Source: Naegleria gruberi (taxonomy: Eukaryota). Taken from it: a stretch of 64,000 nt of DNA. Shown one piece after another: positions 35,326 through 47,067 of this stretch; position 1 is the stretch's first letter; every line of letters begins with the position of its first letter. Below the pieces are notes generated by a model. It saw only the letters and a program-made list of their open reading frames with translations. It was not told where the DNA came from and did no database searches. Position numbers and translations under genes: made by a program. The stretch is from assembly GCA_000004985.1 (NCBI GenBank), contig GG738845.1. One strand, 5' to 3'.

Positions 35326-36768
35326 ATGAGCATGCTTCCGAATTCACTTCTTACTCAAGGACAAGCTCCACCTCGCGAGAAACTCTTTGCTAAATCCAAT
35401 GGATTGGGAGCAGAACAGAACATGACAGCAAAGAGAAGACAAGGATCAAATTTACAATTTGAAGCAAGTAGGTTTCCATACTTATAAAAATTTATATATT
35501 ATTTAAAGTGTTGAGTACTTCAATTCCATCATTATTTGATATGTGTATTAAATTATTACAGAATAATATTGATGATCTACCAACTTTGGAAAATATTGAA
35601 GATGAAATTGTCATTCGTATTTTAAGTAATTGTGAACCACACAAATTGGAAGAAATTGAGAGAAAGAATGAGGAGGAAAATGTAATTTTACAAACTGATG
35701 TATTATGGAAAAGATTAGTAACTAAAGATTTTGGAGGTAAGGATTTTGGAAATTGAAACATTTCAACAATCAAATTGTTTAGCTGGGCTTCTTTCTAAAA
35801 GTTCCGAATACATACAAGAAACCAGACCACATAAGGAACTTTATAATGAATTGAATAGAGAAAGAATGGAAAGAGAGTACAAAATTCAAAAGATCAAGGA
35901 AGATTCAAAACGTATGAAACAGTCATCAACACGAATGATTGGAGCCAAGACAGTAGGTTCCTCTCAAACAATCAATTCTACCAGTTCAAATCCTGTTACT
36001 CAAACCAAACATATTGCCAAAACTATAGATCCAATTAGACAACCATCAAGAATTAGAAACTCCTCAACAAGAAGTAGAATATCCAGTTCATCATCTTCAA
36101 ATGATAGACCAAGAACTACTTCCTCTGCTCCTAGCGGTTCTAAAAAGAGCAAATTGTGGACAAGTTCACTTGGTGGTGACTCTGCAGTCGTGAGAAAAAA
36201 ACCAGAACAAACAAAAAGCTCTGTATTTATTCCAGGAAATGTAACAGCTGCTACCAGAAATCCACCAATGAACATGAATCGATACACTCCACCACCACTC
36301 TCTACTAGTGCACCTCTTGTATATAGACAGCCTGTTGTTGTTTCCAAAGCCAATACTATTGACTACACAAAGAAACGACCATCTTCACCTCCTCAATCAG
36401 ATACAATTGCTGGATCACCTGTTGTAAGCCATAGCTATGTGGAAAATGTTTTTGGCAAAGAGACATCGAAGAGATTTGAAAAGGTAAAACGCCAAGCAAC
36501 CAATGACTCAACCAAACTCAGAGATTCTGCTCGTCGAGGTGTACCTCAAAGCATGCAACCTCCAACCTCTAGCAGTAGTTTTAATCATCGTGTATCAAAT
36601 CAACCTAAACCATCACATCCTCCTCCATCATCTCATAGCTCTTCCTCTCTTGCTCCTCCCCAAAAGAAAGCCAAACCAAACAACTCTTATACACCCCCTC
36701 CTTCAAGATCCACACCACCTTCTGCCAGATCTTCTGAGCTCAATTTCACAATTCCAAAGAGAAGATAA
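35326..36768 (+). CDS. Elongin A domain-containing protein, a transcription elongation factor (Ela1/ELOA-like). Three exons: 35326..35467, 35509..35736 and 35783..36768.
   Basis: LPTLENIEDEIVIRILSNCEPHKLEEIERKNEE...TDVLWKRLVTKDFGG matches the Elongin A domain pattern (..qL..iE..N.....TDeLWk..c.r.F). The introns are 41 nt (GTAGGT) and 46 nt (GTAAGG). The C-terminal half is Ser/Pro/Thr-rich and disordered. Confidence 0.65.
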
Positions 36769-36929
36769 TAATTGATTTTTCTTGTAAATTTTTATTGTCA
36801 CAATAAACGTTTTGAGCAATTTTCAAAGGATTTGAATTAAGCAGCAATTTTCAGTAAGAATTTTTCCTCTCGATCCTTGGCACTATTTCACATATTATTT
36901 TGTCGTCATTAGTTCTTTGTACTGGTTTT

Positions 36930-37337
36930 TTAACCAAAGTAATAGACTGTATTGTCAGTGCTTGAGGTATTTCTATTAGTATTATGAAGTTGGTTAACAG
37001 GTCCAAAACAATTAGGGTGTTGCAGGTTTTCAAGTATTGTCTCATCAAGATCGTTCTCATTAATAGAGCCCTCAGATTTAGTGGTTTTAACTTTGTGATG
37101 TTTTTGAGATGAGTTAATTGGAGGTAATTTAACAACAGCTGATCTCTGTGATCTAAATTCCTTCACCATCATTCTTCTTCTCAGCATGGAGTCATCATCG
37201 TATACGACTCGAGGAAGAATTCTTTGACAAGTTGAATACTCGCTCAGTGGCTTAATGGCCGTTCTGTTTTTATACTTTTCATCAAAGCAATACTCTTCCT
37301 CAATACTCTTCATCATTTGGCTTGCGAATCCTCCCAT
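36930..37337 (-). CDS. Hypothetical small protein that starts MGG.
   Basis: A 135-aa ORF with no recognised motif. Its N-terminus is MGGFASQ. Confidence 0.25.
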   Translation of the reverse strand: MGGFASQMMKSIEEEYCFDEKYKNRTAIKPLSEYSTCQRILPRVVYDDDSMLRRRMMVKEFRSQRSAVVKLPPINSSQKHHKVKTTKSEGSINENDLDETILENLQHPNCFGPVNQLHNTNRNTSSTDNTVYYFG

Positions 37338-37609
37338 CTTGAATGTCTAATTGTTTTTTTTTGGTTCTGAACGCATTATTCATTTTGCAGCCCATATGTT
37401 CGGTTGGTGATCCTCGAACTTAACAAAGTGGATTAAGTTGTCTTTTTTATAACAGTAAAACGCACAACCACACCAAATAAGTTTAGATCTTCTACAAGTG
37501 AGGATTGTGAGGAATTTATTTTTTTTTTTGCACAACCTCACACTTCCCTCTCCACCTTCTAGAGAGATTATTGGCCAAGAGTAGTTGTAGGGATTGTTGT
37601 TGAGAAATC

Positions 37610-39603
37610 TCAATTGAGGGGTGTTGAGGAGAGGTCTGCTCGTTTTTGGTCATCCGCAAAGGAGACTGTTTTGGACGGTGCTATATTCTTCCTAAGGTAA
37701 GGTGTGATGGAGAAATTCATTTGGGATTGATGATTCTCCAAACAGTATTGAATAAAAGTCTTTGAGAAACCTGGGAAAGACACTTCAGTTTCATTGAATA
37801 ATTGGGAGATTTTTTCACATTGTTCCTGTAAGATAACTTCAGAGTTTGGCTGGGGTGTATCAATGAATTGGTAATTACTTGCAACCGATTGTAAACTAGC
37901 CTCAACCACACTTGACAGCAACTTTTTGCTAAAAGGATCAATAGATGAGGAGATTGATAATTTTCTTTGAGATGCATAGAGATCTTTCTTTTCTCTGTCT
38001 ATCATAATTTCTCTACTCTTTTCGTACACTGGAGTAGTCTCTGGTTCTTCGGAATGAGTATGAATATCATCTTCTTCAATAACTACTTCATTAAAATTAT
38101 CAGTAAATTCTGTATCTTCTTCCTCTGCAGAAATAGAAGTTTTTTTAAATTCCACAATCTTAATCGAAGATGGCACTATCTTCATTGTTCCATACTCTGT
38201 TTCACTATCTGACGGATCTGAAATCTCATCATCTGAAGTTGAAGAAGAATCAGTATCCTTTTCCTCTTCACTAGATGTTCCACCACCTTCTCCCTTGAAG
38301 GAATTCTTATTACTGTTTAGCTCCTTTGACAAATCCGAAACTAGCTCATTAAGCTTGTGAACAGAGGTTGTCTTTTTCTTTCTTCTCATAACAGTACTTC
38401 TAAAATCCCAAAAATTATTTTCTCCTTCTCCCTCCTCAGAAGAATCAAATGAGCTGTCTGATGAATCAGTTGAACTATTAGAGTCCTTGGACTTGTCTCT
38501 CATCTCCCTCTTCTTTTCAATCAATTCTATTAGACTACTATTCTTTTTTGCTGATTTTATAAATCTATGTTTCAGTAACTCCTTTGCTGATTGTCTTTCT
38601 GAAGGATCCTTTTTCAAACATAGGGAAACAAACTCTTTGAAAGTCTTTGAAAATTTTCCCTCCAGTGTCGGTGGCTCATTCTTTGGAATCAGAAACAATA
38701 TCCTCATTGGATCATCTCCATAATATGGAGGAGATCCCTTTGCCATTTCAATAGCAGTTATACCAAGAGACCAAATATCAGCCTTTTCAGTGTAACCTGA
38801 TTGTTTAATAACCTCAGGAGCCACTATTATTCCTCAAAATAAGCGATTGTATTGAACTTGGAATACTTACTCCAAAATGGTGTTCCTACAAAAGAATGTC
38901 TCTTATTGATTGTACTCGATAGTTGTCCAGCCACACCTAAATCCGCTAATTTAACATTTCCGTCCTCGCTCAATAAAACATTTGCTGCCTTTATATCTCT
39001 ATGGATCAATCCAATAGCATGTAAATATTCCAGACCAAGCAACATTTCTCTCAATATTATTGCTATATATTTCTCATCAAATTTTCCTCCATTTGGTTTC
39101 ATAAGATCCAACACTGACCCTCCACTCAGATACTCCATCACAATTAATAATTTGGTATCCTGAACAATTGAACCATAGACTGAAACGACATAGGATGACG
39201 AACATTGCAACAGAATATGAATCTCTTTTTGTATATCCTCAATATCATCCTCTGCCTTTTCTAAATCTATTGACTTTACAGCAACTATTTGTCCAGTTTT
39301 CTTATTCCTCCTATTATCAGAATATTAAAATGTCACCAAGATCCAAATGACATGAACATACATTTTGTACACTTCTCCAAAAGATCCCTTTCCAACTCGT
39401 TCCAATTTTTCATAATCGGAGCTATTTGCAGAGAAAGGTGCCTCTGCCTCTCTGAAATGATGATGAATATTTGATGATCCTCCTATGCTACCAACATTCG
39501 AAGAGTTAGAAGAGACTGATGAAACAGAATCTAAGGAGGTTAAACTGTTGGCCACAATACTTGAAATTGGTATTCCTTCAGAGACAAATGTTTGAGGTGG
39601 CAT
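37610..39603 (-). CDS. STE20-family Ser/Thr kinase of the GCK-III (MST3/MST4/STK25-like) type. Four exons.
   Basis: Exon 1 is ...[17 protein letters not shown]|GTATGT. Exon 2 is [43 protein letters not shown], to compare with MST4 [29 protein letters not shown]. Exon 3 is [11 protein letters not shown]...DLGVAGQL...FVGTPFW|GTAAGT (47 nt). Exon 4 is [11 protein letters not shown]...[18 protein letters not shown]. It ends in a roughly 300-aa acidic Ser-rich tail. Confidence 0.85.
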
Positions 39604-39831
39604 ATTATTATTTACAATTTTAAACTCGTATAATTATTTCAATGATTATTACTACAATTAATTCAAGCATCAACACAAAGTGATGGCTTTTTTTTTAAGG
39701 AGAGATGTTTGTGGCGCCTTGTAATAGGAATTTATGAGTTTGACTACAATGTATTTTAACTAGTAACTCTTTTTGTTTAAGGGAGAATGTCCACAAAGAT
39801 CATTGGTTTTGTTTTTACATGTTCTCTGTGT

Positions 39832-40712
39832 TTATTCTATTTTAGCGGATTTTTTCTTCTTTGGTGTTGTGCTAGCAGCAGTTGAAGACTCTGGTTTTTC
39901 GGTGCTGGTGGTAGTGGTTGTATTTCCCTTAATCATGTTATAATAAATAATTTGAGCCATGATGATACCGTTCAAAGCAACAGCCAAACCAGCAGTAATC
40001 AACATGAGTTGGTCGTCAACTTCTTGCAAGGTTGTAAACAAACGAGCAGATGAACCAGCAACTTGCATAAAGGTAGTACTGAAACTTAAGGCACCAACAC
40101 CACCTTGAGAGAAGTTCTTGATGATTTGAGGAACTCTAGAAAAGATGAAGAGTGGAAGAGTGAGAGCAAACAATGATCCAATAACAGTTTCAGTTACATA
40201 AATTGTATCGAAAATGACAAAGTAGAAAAATACAGGGAATGCAACACTTGAGAAGGAAAAGACAATATCATTCTTCTTTGAGTAAACAAAGAAAAAGACG
40301 AGAATGATAATATCTGCATTATACAAATAAATTGAAAGTAAATGAATGTTTTTGTTATCATTAAAAACTTACTTTGGATGATCATGAAAATATATTCGCC
40401 ATAGGTACTAAATGGATAACCACTACGATAGTTGTATCCAAGAGTAATGACTTGACTATTTGATCCGATAATTAATACAGTTGTCTCACTTTAAACATAC
40501 CTGTATATTTCCAAGATAAACATTAAAGCAGACAATCCTTCAACTGATGACTTTTTCATGATGGTAATAATTTGTGGAACCTTGTAAAGAACTGATCCGA
40601 GAATGACCAAAGTTCCCAACAATTTGGACAAAATTAATTTCAAACAATCGGCAGCAAAAAGGCTCTCTGCACATTTCTCACTATTCAAAAATTGTTGAAC
40701 AAATTCACTCAT
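39832..40712 (-). CDS. Mannose-P-dolichol utilization defect 1 protein homologue (MPDU1, a PQ-loop protein). Three exons.
   Basis: LGTLVILGSVLYKVPQIITIMKKSSVEGLS, ITLGYNYRSGYPFSTYGEYIFMIIQ and SSARLFTTLQEVDDQLMLITAGLAVALNGIIMAQIIYY match MPDU1 LGIVAGSLLVKLPQI...SAEGLS, ITNNFPFSSWGEALFLMLQ and [38 protein letters not shown]. Introns were located between the ORF fragments and the frames were checked. Confidence 0.8.
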
Positions 40713-40866
40713 TTTTTAATAATCCTAATCTTGGCTCTCAATAACAACAAGTTTTACAAGTATTCTATTCAATATTTGAGCATTTATACTACAACCAAGC
40801 AAAGGCAGTCATTCTACTTCGCCAACCAACAATTATTCATAATTGATAACAATAATATTAAAAAAA

Positions 40867-41136
40867 ATGCTCAAGAATTTATTCCAAAATTCCGCCAAAA
40901 ACGTCTTCCGTCGTTCCAACAAGACAAACATCAACAGCAGATTCCAAGCACGTTCTTCTGCTACATCATCAGGAAATGCCAAGATGTCTGCCACTGGTTG
41001 GGTTTATGAATCACCTAACTTGGCCCAATATACTGCTTTGAAGGGTGCTATGGTTTCTATTTGTATGCGTGGATTGTACGTGTGGAACCTCGTCATGTTG
41101 ATGGGAGAAATGTACGTAGTAATTCTTAGACAATAA
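40867..41136 (+). CDS. Small hypothetical protein. It may be a mitochondrial inner-membrane subunit: presequence-like N-terminus and one hydrophobic segment.
   Basis: MLKNLFQNSAKNVFRRSNKTNINSRFQARS is basic and hydroxylated, like a presequence. It is followed by GWVYESPNLAQYTALKGAMVSICMRGLYVWNLVMLMG. I could not assign a family. A GTACGT donor near the 3' end could mean a short extra exon. Confidence 0.3.
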   Translation: MLKNLFQNSAKNVFRRSNKTNINSRFQARSSATSSGNAKMSATGWVYESPNLAQYTALKGAMVSICMRGLYVWNLVMLMGEMYVVILRQ

Positions 41137-41371
41137 TTTATTTATTATTTGAATTATTTAAATTATTTACTGATATTACTTTAACGTCAAATTTCAATTA
41201 TTTATTTTATTATTGGATTGGTTTTATTTGGAATTAGTGCTTTCTATCCATTCAGTCTTACTGATTTGCTAAGAGGAAAGAAGAGATGTTAAATTGTACA
41301 ACATAATAAACCTTCAATCAAGGGAATCATAATTATTAAAATGGATTATATTACATAATTTACAAAATGAT

Positions 41372-42406
41372 TCAAGAAAGATACAATTGTCTAAATATGT
41401 CAAGGAATTGATTAATTGACATGTTTGCACCTCCACATTGCTCAGTGGCATACTCATAAACGAGCTCAAAGTCTACACCTTCTTCTTCAACAATCAAAGT
41501 CACATATTCCTTCAATTCATCTTTTGGAAGTGGTTTATCTCTTTCTTCAACAGTTGTTCGATATGATAATGTTTCAGTTGCACCAATGTCCTTCTTGTTT
41601 TGAATGCCAAATGTCATATGTTCAGTTCCAGGAAGGAATGGTGCTCTCATTCCCTTATCAATATTGTGGTCAACTCCATAGCCATACCCTCTAATACAAT
41701 CAATTGATCCCCATTCGTCAGGCTTATTTGTCATTCCAAACACCTTTCCATCCAATGGATCTTCATTTGGAACCGGCTCATCATGTACGAGTTGTCCAGC
41801 TGTTGGTGCTTGGTAATAAGTAGAGACTGTCTTTTTTGCTCCATCAACTTCTGGTTCCAAAACCTTTCCAAATCTAAAGTGTGTTGGGTCTCTTATTGGA
41901 GTTTTATCCCAAACATAATTCCTGTTAACTTGTTCTCCAGCTTCCCATGCTTGATGAGAAAGTTTGTACAATTCATTTCTTTCCTTCTCCATTTCATTTT
42001 GATCATACCTATCTATTGGGTAGAGAATATTCTTAGCACTCTCAGAGTAGTCAGTTTTAATACCAAACACCGAATCACCCTTAGCATGATTGTTTATAAA
42101 ATTAGTATGTTTCGCGGAATGGCCAACTGGTTCTCTCTTGTAAATGGCCTCCTTCTTCTCCTTATAATACGAAACAAGGGGAGGTTCATTAGGATGAATA
42201 CAATCCGAGGCAGCGCCATTACTACTTTCAATTTTTCCAAATCTTGTTGGGGGAACATAGTTTGAATCCGGATCATTTTTTGTGTCATATCCATACTTTG
42301 CATTTACTAGAGAATCTGAAACCTTATTCCTCAACAACATTTCATTGCTGGCTCCGAATGATTTGTATTGAGGGAAGGCATCCCTTATCTTTCCGCTTTC
42401 ACTCAT
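41372..42406 (-). CDS. Hypothetical protein with five internal repeats of about 50 aa, each with an FG/FGK core, and an EF-hand-like C-terminus.
   Basis: The repeats are TRFGKIESS, SVFGIKTDYS, FRFGKVLEPE, KVFGMTNKPDEWG and MTFGIQNKKDIG. The C-terminus is ...FELVYEYATEQCGGANMSINQFLDIFRQ. The start was chosen at MSESGK (42406). The family is unknown. It could be a microtubule-inner-protein or EFHB-like type, at low confidence. Confidence 0.5.
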   Translation of the reverse strand: MSESGKIRDAFPQYKSFGASNEMLLRNKVSDSLVNAKYGYDTKNDPDSNYVPPTRFGKIESSNGAASDCIHPNEPPLVSYYKEKKEAIYKREPVGHSAKHTNFINNHAKGDSVFGIKTDYSESAKNILYPIDRYDQNEMEKERNELYKLSHQAWEAGEQVNRNYVWDKTPIRDPTHFRFGKVLEPEVDGAKKTVSTYYQAPTAGQLVHDEPVPNEDPLDGKVFGMTNKPDEWGSIDCIRGYGYGVDHNIDKGMRAPFLPGTEHMTFGIQNKKDIGATETLSYRTTVEERDKPLPKDELKEYVTLIVEEEGVDFELVYEYATEQCGGANMSINQFLDIFRQLYLS

Positions 42407-42628
42407 TTTTTTTAAAAATGTCAAGTTGAACTGTATACTGTTTGGCGCCAAAATACTAGCTGTCACTGTTACTCTCCAAGGAAACCAGGTGAAAACTCCT
42501 TTTTTTAAATATATCAATTAAATTTTCAGCTATTTTGTGTGTTCAATTCTGTTGTCAAAGAAATATGAAAGATAATTTGAAACACAAGCGAAAAGAAGGC
42601 AGGTAAAAGAAAAATTTGAAGAAAAAAA

Positions 42629-45073
42629 ATGAAAGGTTTTACATCTGAAGAACAACAGAATTATGCCCAACACCAAATGGACGTCTCCAACAAGGGACAC
42701 AAGGGATTGGGATTCTCCTCTGCAAAGAAATCATCCTCCACACAACAGCCAGCTGGTAAACATACTATTCTTGGTGGAAAGGTCTCTTCAACCACTTTCC
42801 GTATCTCACCAAGCAAGAAGCAAAAACAAGAAAAGTTGAAAAAGTTGTACCCAGCCATTTATGACTTTTTAGTTTATTGTGAATTGGATAATGTTGCTAA
42901 AGTTTTTGCTGAAACCACTGAAATGGTAAGTTGAACATTTTGTGAATCTTTGATCACTTAGTAATAATTTAAATAGGAAAATTTTGAAGAATTAAACATG
43001 CCAAAGGTTATGGAAGTTTATGAAGAACATTTTGCCAAGTATGGAATTGATCTTTATGGCGACTTTTTGAACTTGGGAGCTGCTTTAAAGCTTGCTAAAT
43101 CAACTAATACAATGACTGACGATGAATCATCAACAAAGAAGGCACCAACTTCTACTACATCTGCTTCCACAAGTCAATCCACAGAATCTTCTCCAAAGAA
43201 GAAATTTAGAAAGACCAAATCTGATTCATCATCTTCATCGTCATCATCAGATTCTGATTCCGATGCTGAAATGAAAGAAACACCAAAGGAAACACAAAAG
43301 TCCAAGAAGGAATCCAGCTCATCAGATTCTTCATCTGATGAAGAAATGAAAGATACCAAGCCTACTCAAACTAAGCCAGCTATCTCAAAGAAGGATTCTT
43401 CCTCATCTAGCTCTTCATCATCAAGTGAAGATGAGATGAAGCCAACACAAACCAAGCCAGCTGTGACAAAGAAGGATTCATCATCCGATTCAAGTTCTGA
43501 CAGCTCATCAGAAGATGAAAAGAAACCAGTTAGTAAGCCAGCTGTACAAGTCAAGCCTATTGTCACAAAGAAGGATTCATCAGATTCAAGCTCTGACTCT
43601 TCATCATCAGAAGATGAAAAGAAACCAACTCCAAAACCAGCTGTTGAAACTAAGCCTATTGTCACAAAGAAGGATTCTTCAAGCTCTGATAGTTCTGACT
43701 CTTCATCATCAGAAGACGAAAAGAAGAAGCCAGCTATCAAACCAACCGTCACAAAGAAGGATTCATCATCTGATTCAAGCTCTGATTCATCTGATGAAGA
43801 AATGAAGGATGCCAAGCCTACTCAAACTAAGCCAGCTATCTCAAAGAAGGATTCTTCAAGCTCAGACAGTTCCGACTCTTCAGAAGATGAAAAGAAACCA
43901 GTTAGTAAGCCAGCTGTTCAATCAAAGCCAGTAACTAAGAAGGATTCTTCATCTGATTCCAGCTCTGACTCTTCAGATGATGAAAAGAAACCAACTCCAA
44001 AACCAACTGAAACTAAACAAGTCATAACAAAGAAGGATTCATCTGATTCATCTGATTCCAGCTCTGACTCTTCAGAAGATGAAAAGAAACCAGTTAGTAA
44101 GCCTATTCAACCAAAGCCAGTAACTAAGAAGGATTCCTCATCTGATTCTGATTCATCATCCTCTTCAGAAGATGAAAAGAAACCAACTCCAAAACCAACT
44201 GAAACTAAACCAGTCATAACAAAGAAGGATTCCTCATCTGATTCTGATTCCAGCTCTGACTCTTCAGATGACGAAAAGAAGCCAGCTACCAAACCAATTA
44301 TCCAATCTAAACCAACCAAGAAAGATTCTTCATCCGATTCTGATTCATCATCCTCTTCAGAAGATGAAAAGAAACCAGTTAGTAAGCCAGCTGTTCAAAC
44401 CAAACCTATTGCTGCAAAGAAGGATTCATCAGATTCAAGCTCTGACTCTTCATCAGAAGATGAAAAGAAACCAACTCCAAAACCAACTGAAACTAAACCA
44501 GTCATAACAAAGAAGGATTCCTCATCTGATTCTGATTCCAGCTCTGACTCTTCAGATGACGAAAAGAAGCCAGTTAGTAAGCCAGCTGTTCAACCAAAGC
44601 CAGTAACTAAGAAGGATTCTTCATCTGATTCTGATTCATCATCCTCTTCAGAAGACGAAAAGAAACCAGCTGTTAAGGCAGTAGAAAAGAAACAAGCTAG
44701 CTCTTCATCAGATTCTAGCTCATCTGATGAAGAAATGAAAGAATCTTCTGATGCTTTGAAGAGAAAGAGAGAAGATACTGAGGAACAAGTTGAAGAACAA
44801 ACTGATGCCAAGAAGAACAAGTTTGAAAATGAAAACAATAGAGGTGTCCCATATCAAAGAGTAAAGAGAGACGAAGTCAAATTCCAAGATGAAAGATTAT
44901 CAGTAAGATCATACAGTTTTGGTTCTCATGGCGAAAGAGCTGTCAGAGATTTGGGCCCAACTAAAGGAAAGGACTTTAGAGCAGCTAAAACAAAGAAAAA
45001 GAAGAGTACGTATAGAGGAGGTGCTTTGGATGTCAATGTTGTTAGAAGCATCAAGTTTAATAATAACAAGTAA
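42629..45073 (+). CDS. Nopp140/SRP40-like nucleolar phosphoprotein: LisH-like N-terminus, alternating acidic-Ser and basic repeats, and an SRP40_C domain. Two exons: 42629..42925 and 42977..45073.
   Basis: Exon 1 ends ...LYPAIYDFLVYCELDNVAKVFAETTEM|GTAAGT (51-nt intron). The C-terminus GVPYQRVKRDEVKFQDERLSVRSYSFGSHGERAVRDLGPTKGKDFRAAKTKKKKSTYRGGALDVNVVRSIKFNNNK is the conserved SRP40/Nopp140 C-terminal domain. The middle is about 12 repeats of KKDSSSDSSSDSS(S/E)EDEKKP(V/T)(S/P)KPxxQxKP(V/I)(T/A). Confidence 0.8.
43200..44700 (+). repeat. Tandem coding repeat array with an approximately 120-nt period inside the Nopp140-like gene. Its antisense frames produce spurious ORFs.
   Basis: Near-identical units such as aagaaggattcttcatctgattc...gaagatgaaaagaaaccagttagtaagccagctgttcaa recur from about 43.2 to 44.7 kb. 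The minus-strand ORFs at 43174-43815, 44107-44319 and 44590-44838 are just the complements of this array. Confidence 0.7.
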
Positions 45074-46699
45074 ATAATTTTGATAATTTTTACTGTGTTT
45101 TAGTTCTTATCAACAAATTAATATCATTATTTAAGGACGTTAAAAATAATTTCAAATTACTCTTTCCACCCTGAATAGAGTTATTATTTGTTAGCAAAAT
45201 ACTAATGTGGTATTTAAGGATCCAAATCCCACGCGACTCCTTTGCAGTGACCAAGAAAAACAAATAAATTTTTGAGGTCATCATTTTTCATGTTTTCACA
45301 ATAAATATTAATATACATTTATTGTAAGCTTAAATCATTTTCTTTGACACATCATTGAATGCATCTGACTTTTTGTTATTGTTAAAGCTTTTTCTTGCAG
45401 TTAGAAAAGCAATTTCAAAAACATCCATAACATTTTCAATATATAATTTGCTGTTCTCATCATTAACATTTGCCACTTCTAATTCATGATAACTCTTGCT
45501 TCTTAATTATAGTGGTTTTTTGAACAATGCCTAATGATGTTGGATACTAAATATGAAAAAAACAAGATGATAATGTTGTGAACATTTTAATAACTCTTCA
45601 GAGGTTGTTTTATGCTGTAACGAAATGATCATAATGATTTATGAATCATGTGCTTAGAACCTATAACAAAAATATCTAAATCAACAGTTCTATACTTTGA
45701 CATGTAGGTGAAATCATTTTCATGCCCTTTTGGATGTCTAGTAGGGTTGTTAAATAATTTTGCTATTGAGGGTGGTGATTGAAGAGCCCTAGTAATTGTA
45801 ATAGCTTTCATCATCAAATGGATCAATTTTTGAAAAAGATGTTACTCATCCTCTTAAAACAAAAACATTAAATCAAAGTTGTCCATATGGACAAGGGTAA
45901 CAATATTAGTACTATTCATCATTGTGTTTGTCTTATGTTGTTCTAATTTGAATAACCAATCGAAATGCTTATATGTAGTTGTAGTCATTTTTTATCAAAT
46001 ATGAAAATGTAAATTTTACTAAAACCTACCCAATATCACATTGTGTTAATAGGTAATTTGTAAAAAAGTTGGAACAATGATGTCTAATGAATATTGCATG
46101 TAGAAATATTTGTTTGTTGTTTTTATGGTCTTGGTTGTCTTGTTATTACTTTCACCCTCTTTCTGAAATATATTACGCGTGTAACTATGAGATATACATC
46201 ATTACAAAAACACAATACATAATCCCATTGTGCTTGTTGTATGTTTGAATCATCGAACAATTTAGAGAAAAGGAAATTGAAATTTTCTAATATACTAACA
46301 GAAAAATAATCGCATCTCTCTAAGTTACACGTGTAGATTAATTGGTAGGAATAATAATAATTCAAAAAACTTAAAAAACCATTAAAAACAAATCTGCTTT
46401 GGATAATTGGTTATCCAAATGAAAATATCATTTTACCACATTATCTGTCTCCAAATTGGATATGATTAAATGAAATCCAATAAAATAATATTAACTTATT
46501 ATATCTGAAATTTCTATTGAAATCTTATTCTGTGTTAGAGTGGGAATTCTTTAGCCGCTTGTGGTAATTGAGTATAATGAGTAATTTTATTCCTTTCATT
46601 TACTCTTTCTTGGTAGTACCGTTTGGTGGTTTAGTGTTTCTCAATCTTAATTCGAGTTTGAATATAATTTTTGTATATTTTCACAATTTATTTTGTTGT

Positions 46700-46717
46700 T
46701 ATATATATATATATATG
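46700..46717. repeat. (TA)n dinucleotide microsatellite.
   Basis: tatatatatatatatat lies inside the 45.1-48.6 kb ORF-free block. A second imperfect TA/CA-rich stretch lies at 47140-47170. Confidence 0.8.
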
Positions 46718-47039
46718 TGAACAAAAATTATATTTATCTATGTTAGAAAAATCATTTCCCTATTATTCTTCATCATACTCCTCATCATGCAGTTAAAATT
46801 TAATTTGATTGCAATAATCTAAATGATTAAAAGTACTTTCTTTTTATTAGAAATCAAGTTACCAGCATTAATTGTCTTAAAAATCAATGTTGTTCAACAA
46901 CTTCTATCATATTTATTGGAATCTTGATGATCCAATTTTATTCCATACCATGTTTACCATTTAATATCGAGTAGTAAAAATATGTAAATTAAAAAATGGA
47001 AAAAATGTTTTTTTGAAAAAAATTTCGATAAAAACTAGA

Positions 47040-47067
47040 AATTTATTAGTATTTCAATGAAAAATAC
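47040..47067 (+). repeat. Copy 1 of a perfect 28-nt direct repeat, aatttattagtatttcaatgaaaaatac.
   Basis: The identical 28-mer recurs at 48306..48333 in the same orientation, 1266 nt downstream. Both copies are preceded by tagaa within 10 nt. Confidence 0.7.

Noticed and set aside
37380-37613. ORF 37380..37613 (-) as a possible extra C-terminal exon of the STE20 kinase.
   Set aside because: The kinase ORF already terminates at 37610. The 77-aa ORF is Cys/Lys-rich junk with no donor/acceptor linkage.
40194-40385. ORF 40194..40385 (-) inside the MPDU1 locus.
   Set aside because: It overlaps the MPDU1 exons and intron in a different frame. It does not fit the PQ-loop alignment.
43174-44838. 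Long minus-strand ORFs antisense to the Nopp140-like gene (43174-43359, 43366-43815, 44107-44319 and 44590-44838).
   Set aside because: They are the reverse complement of the sense-strand Ser/Asp/Glu repeat array. They encode poly-S/D/E/F nonsense and only the sense frame ends in the conserved SRP40_C domain. They are artefacts of low-complexity repeats.
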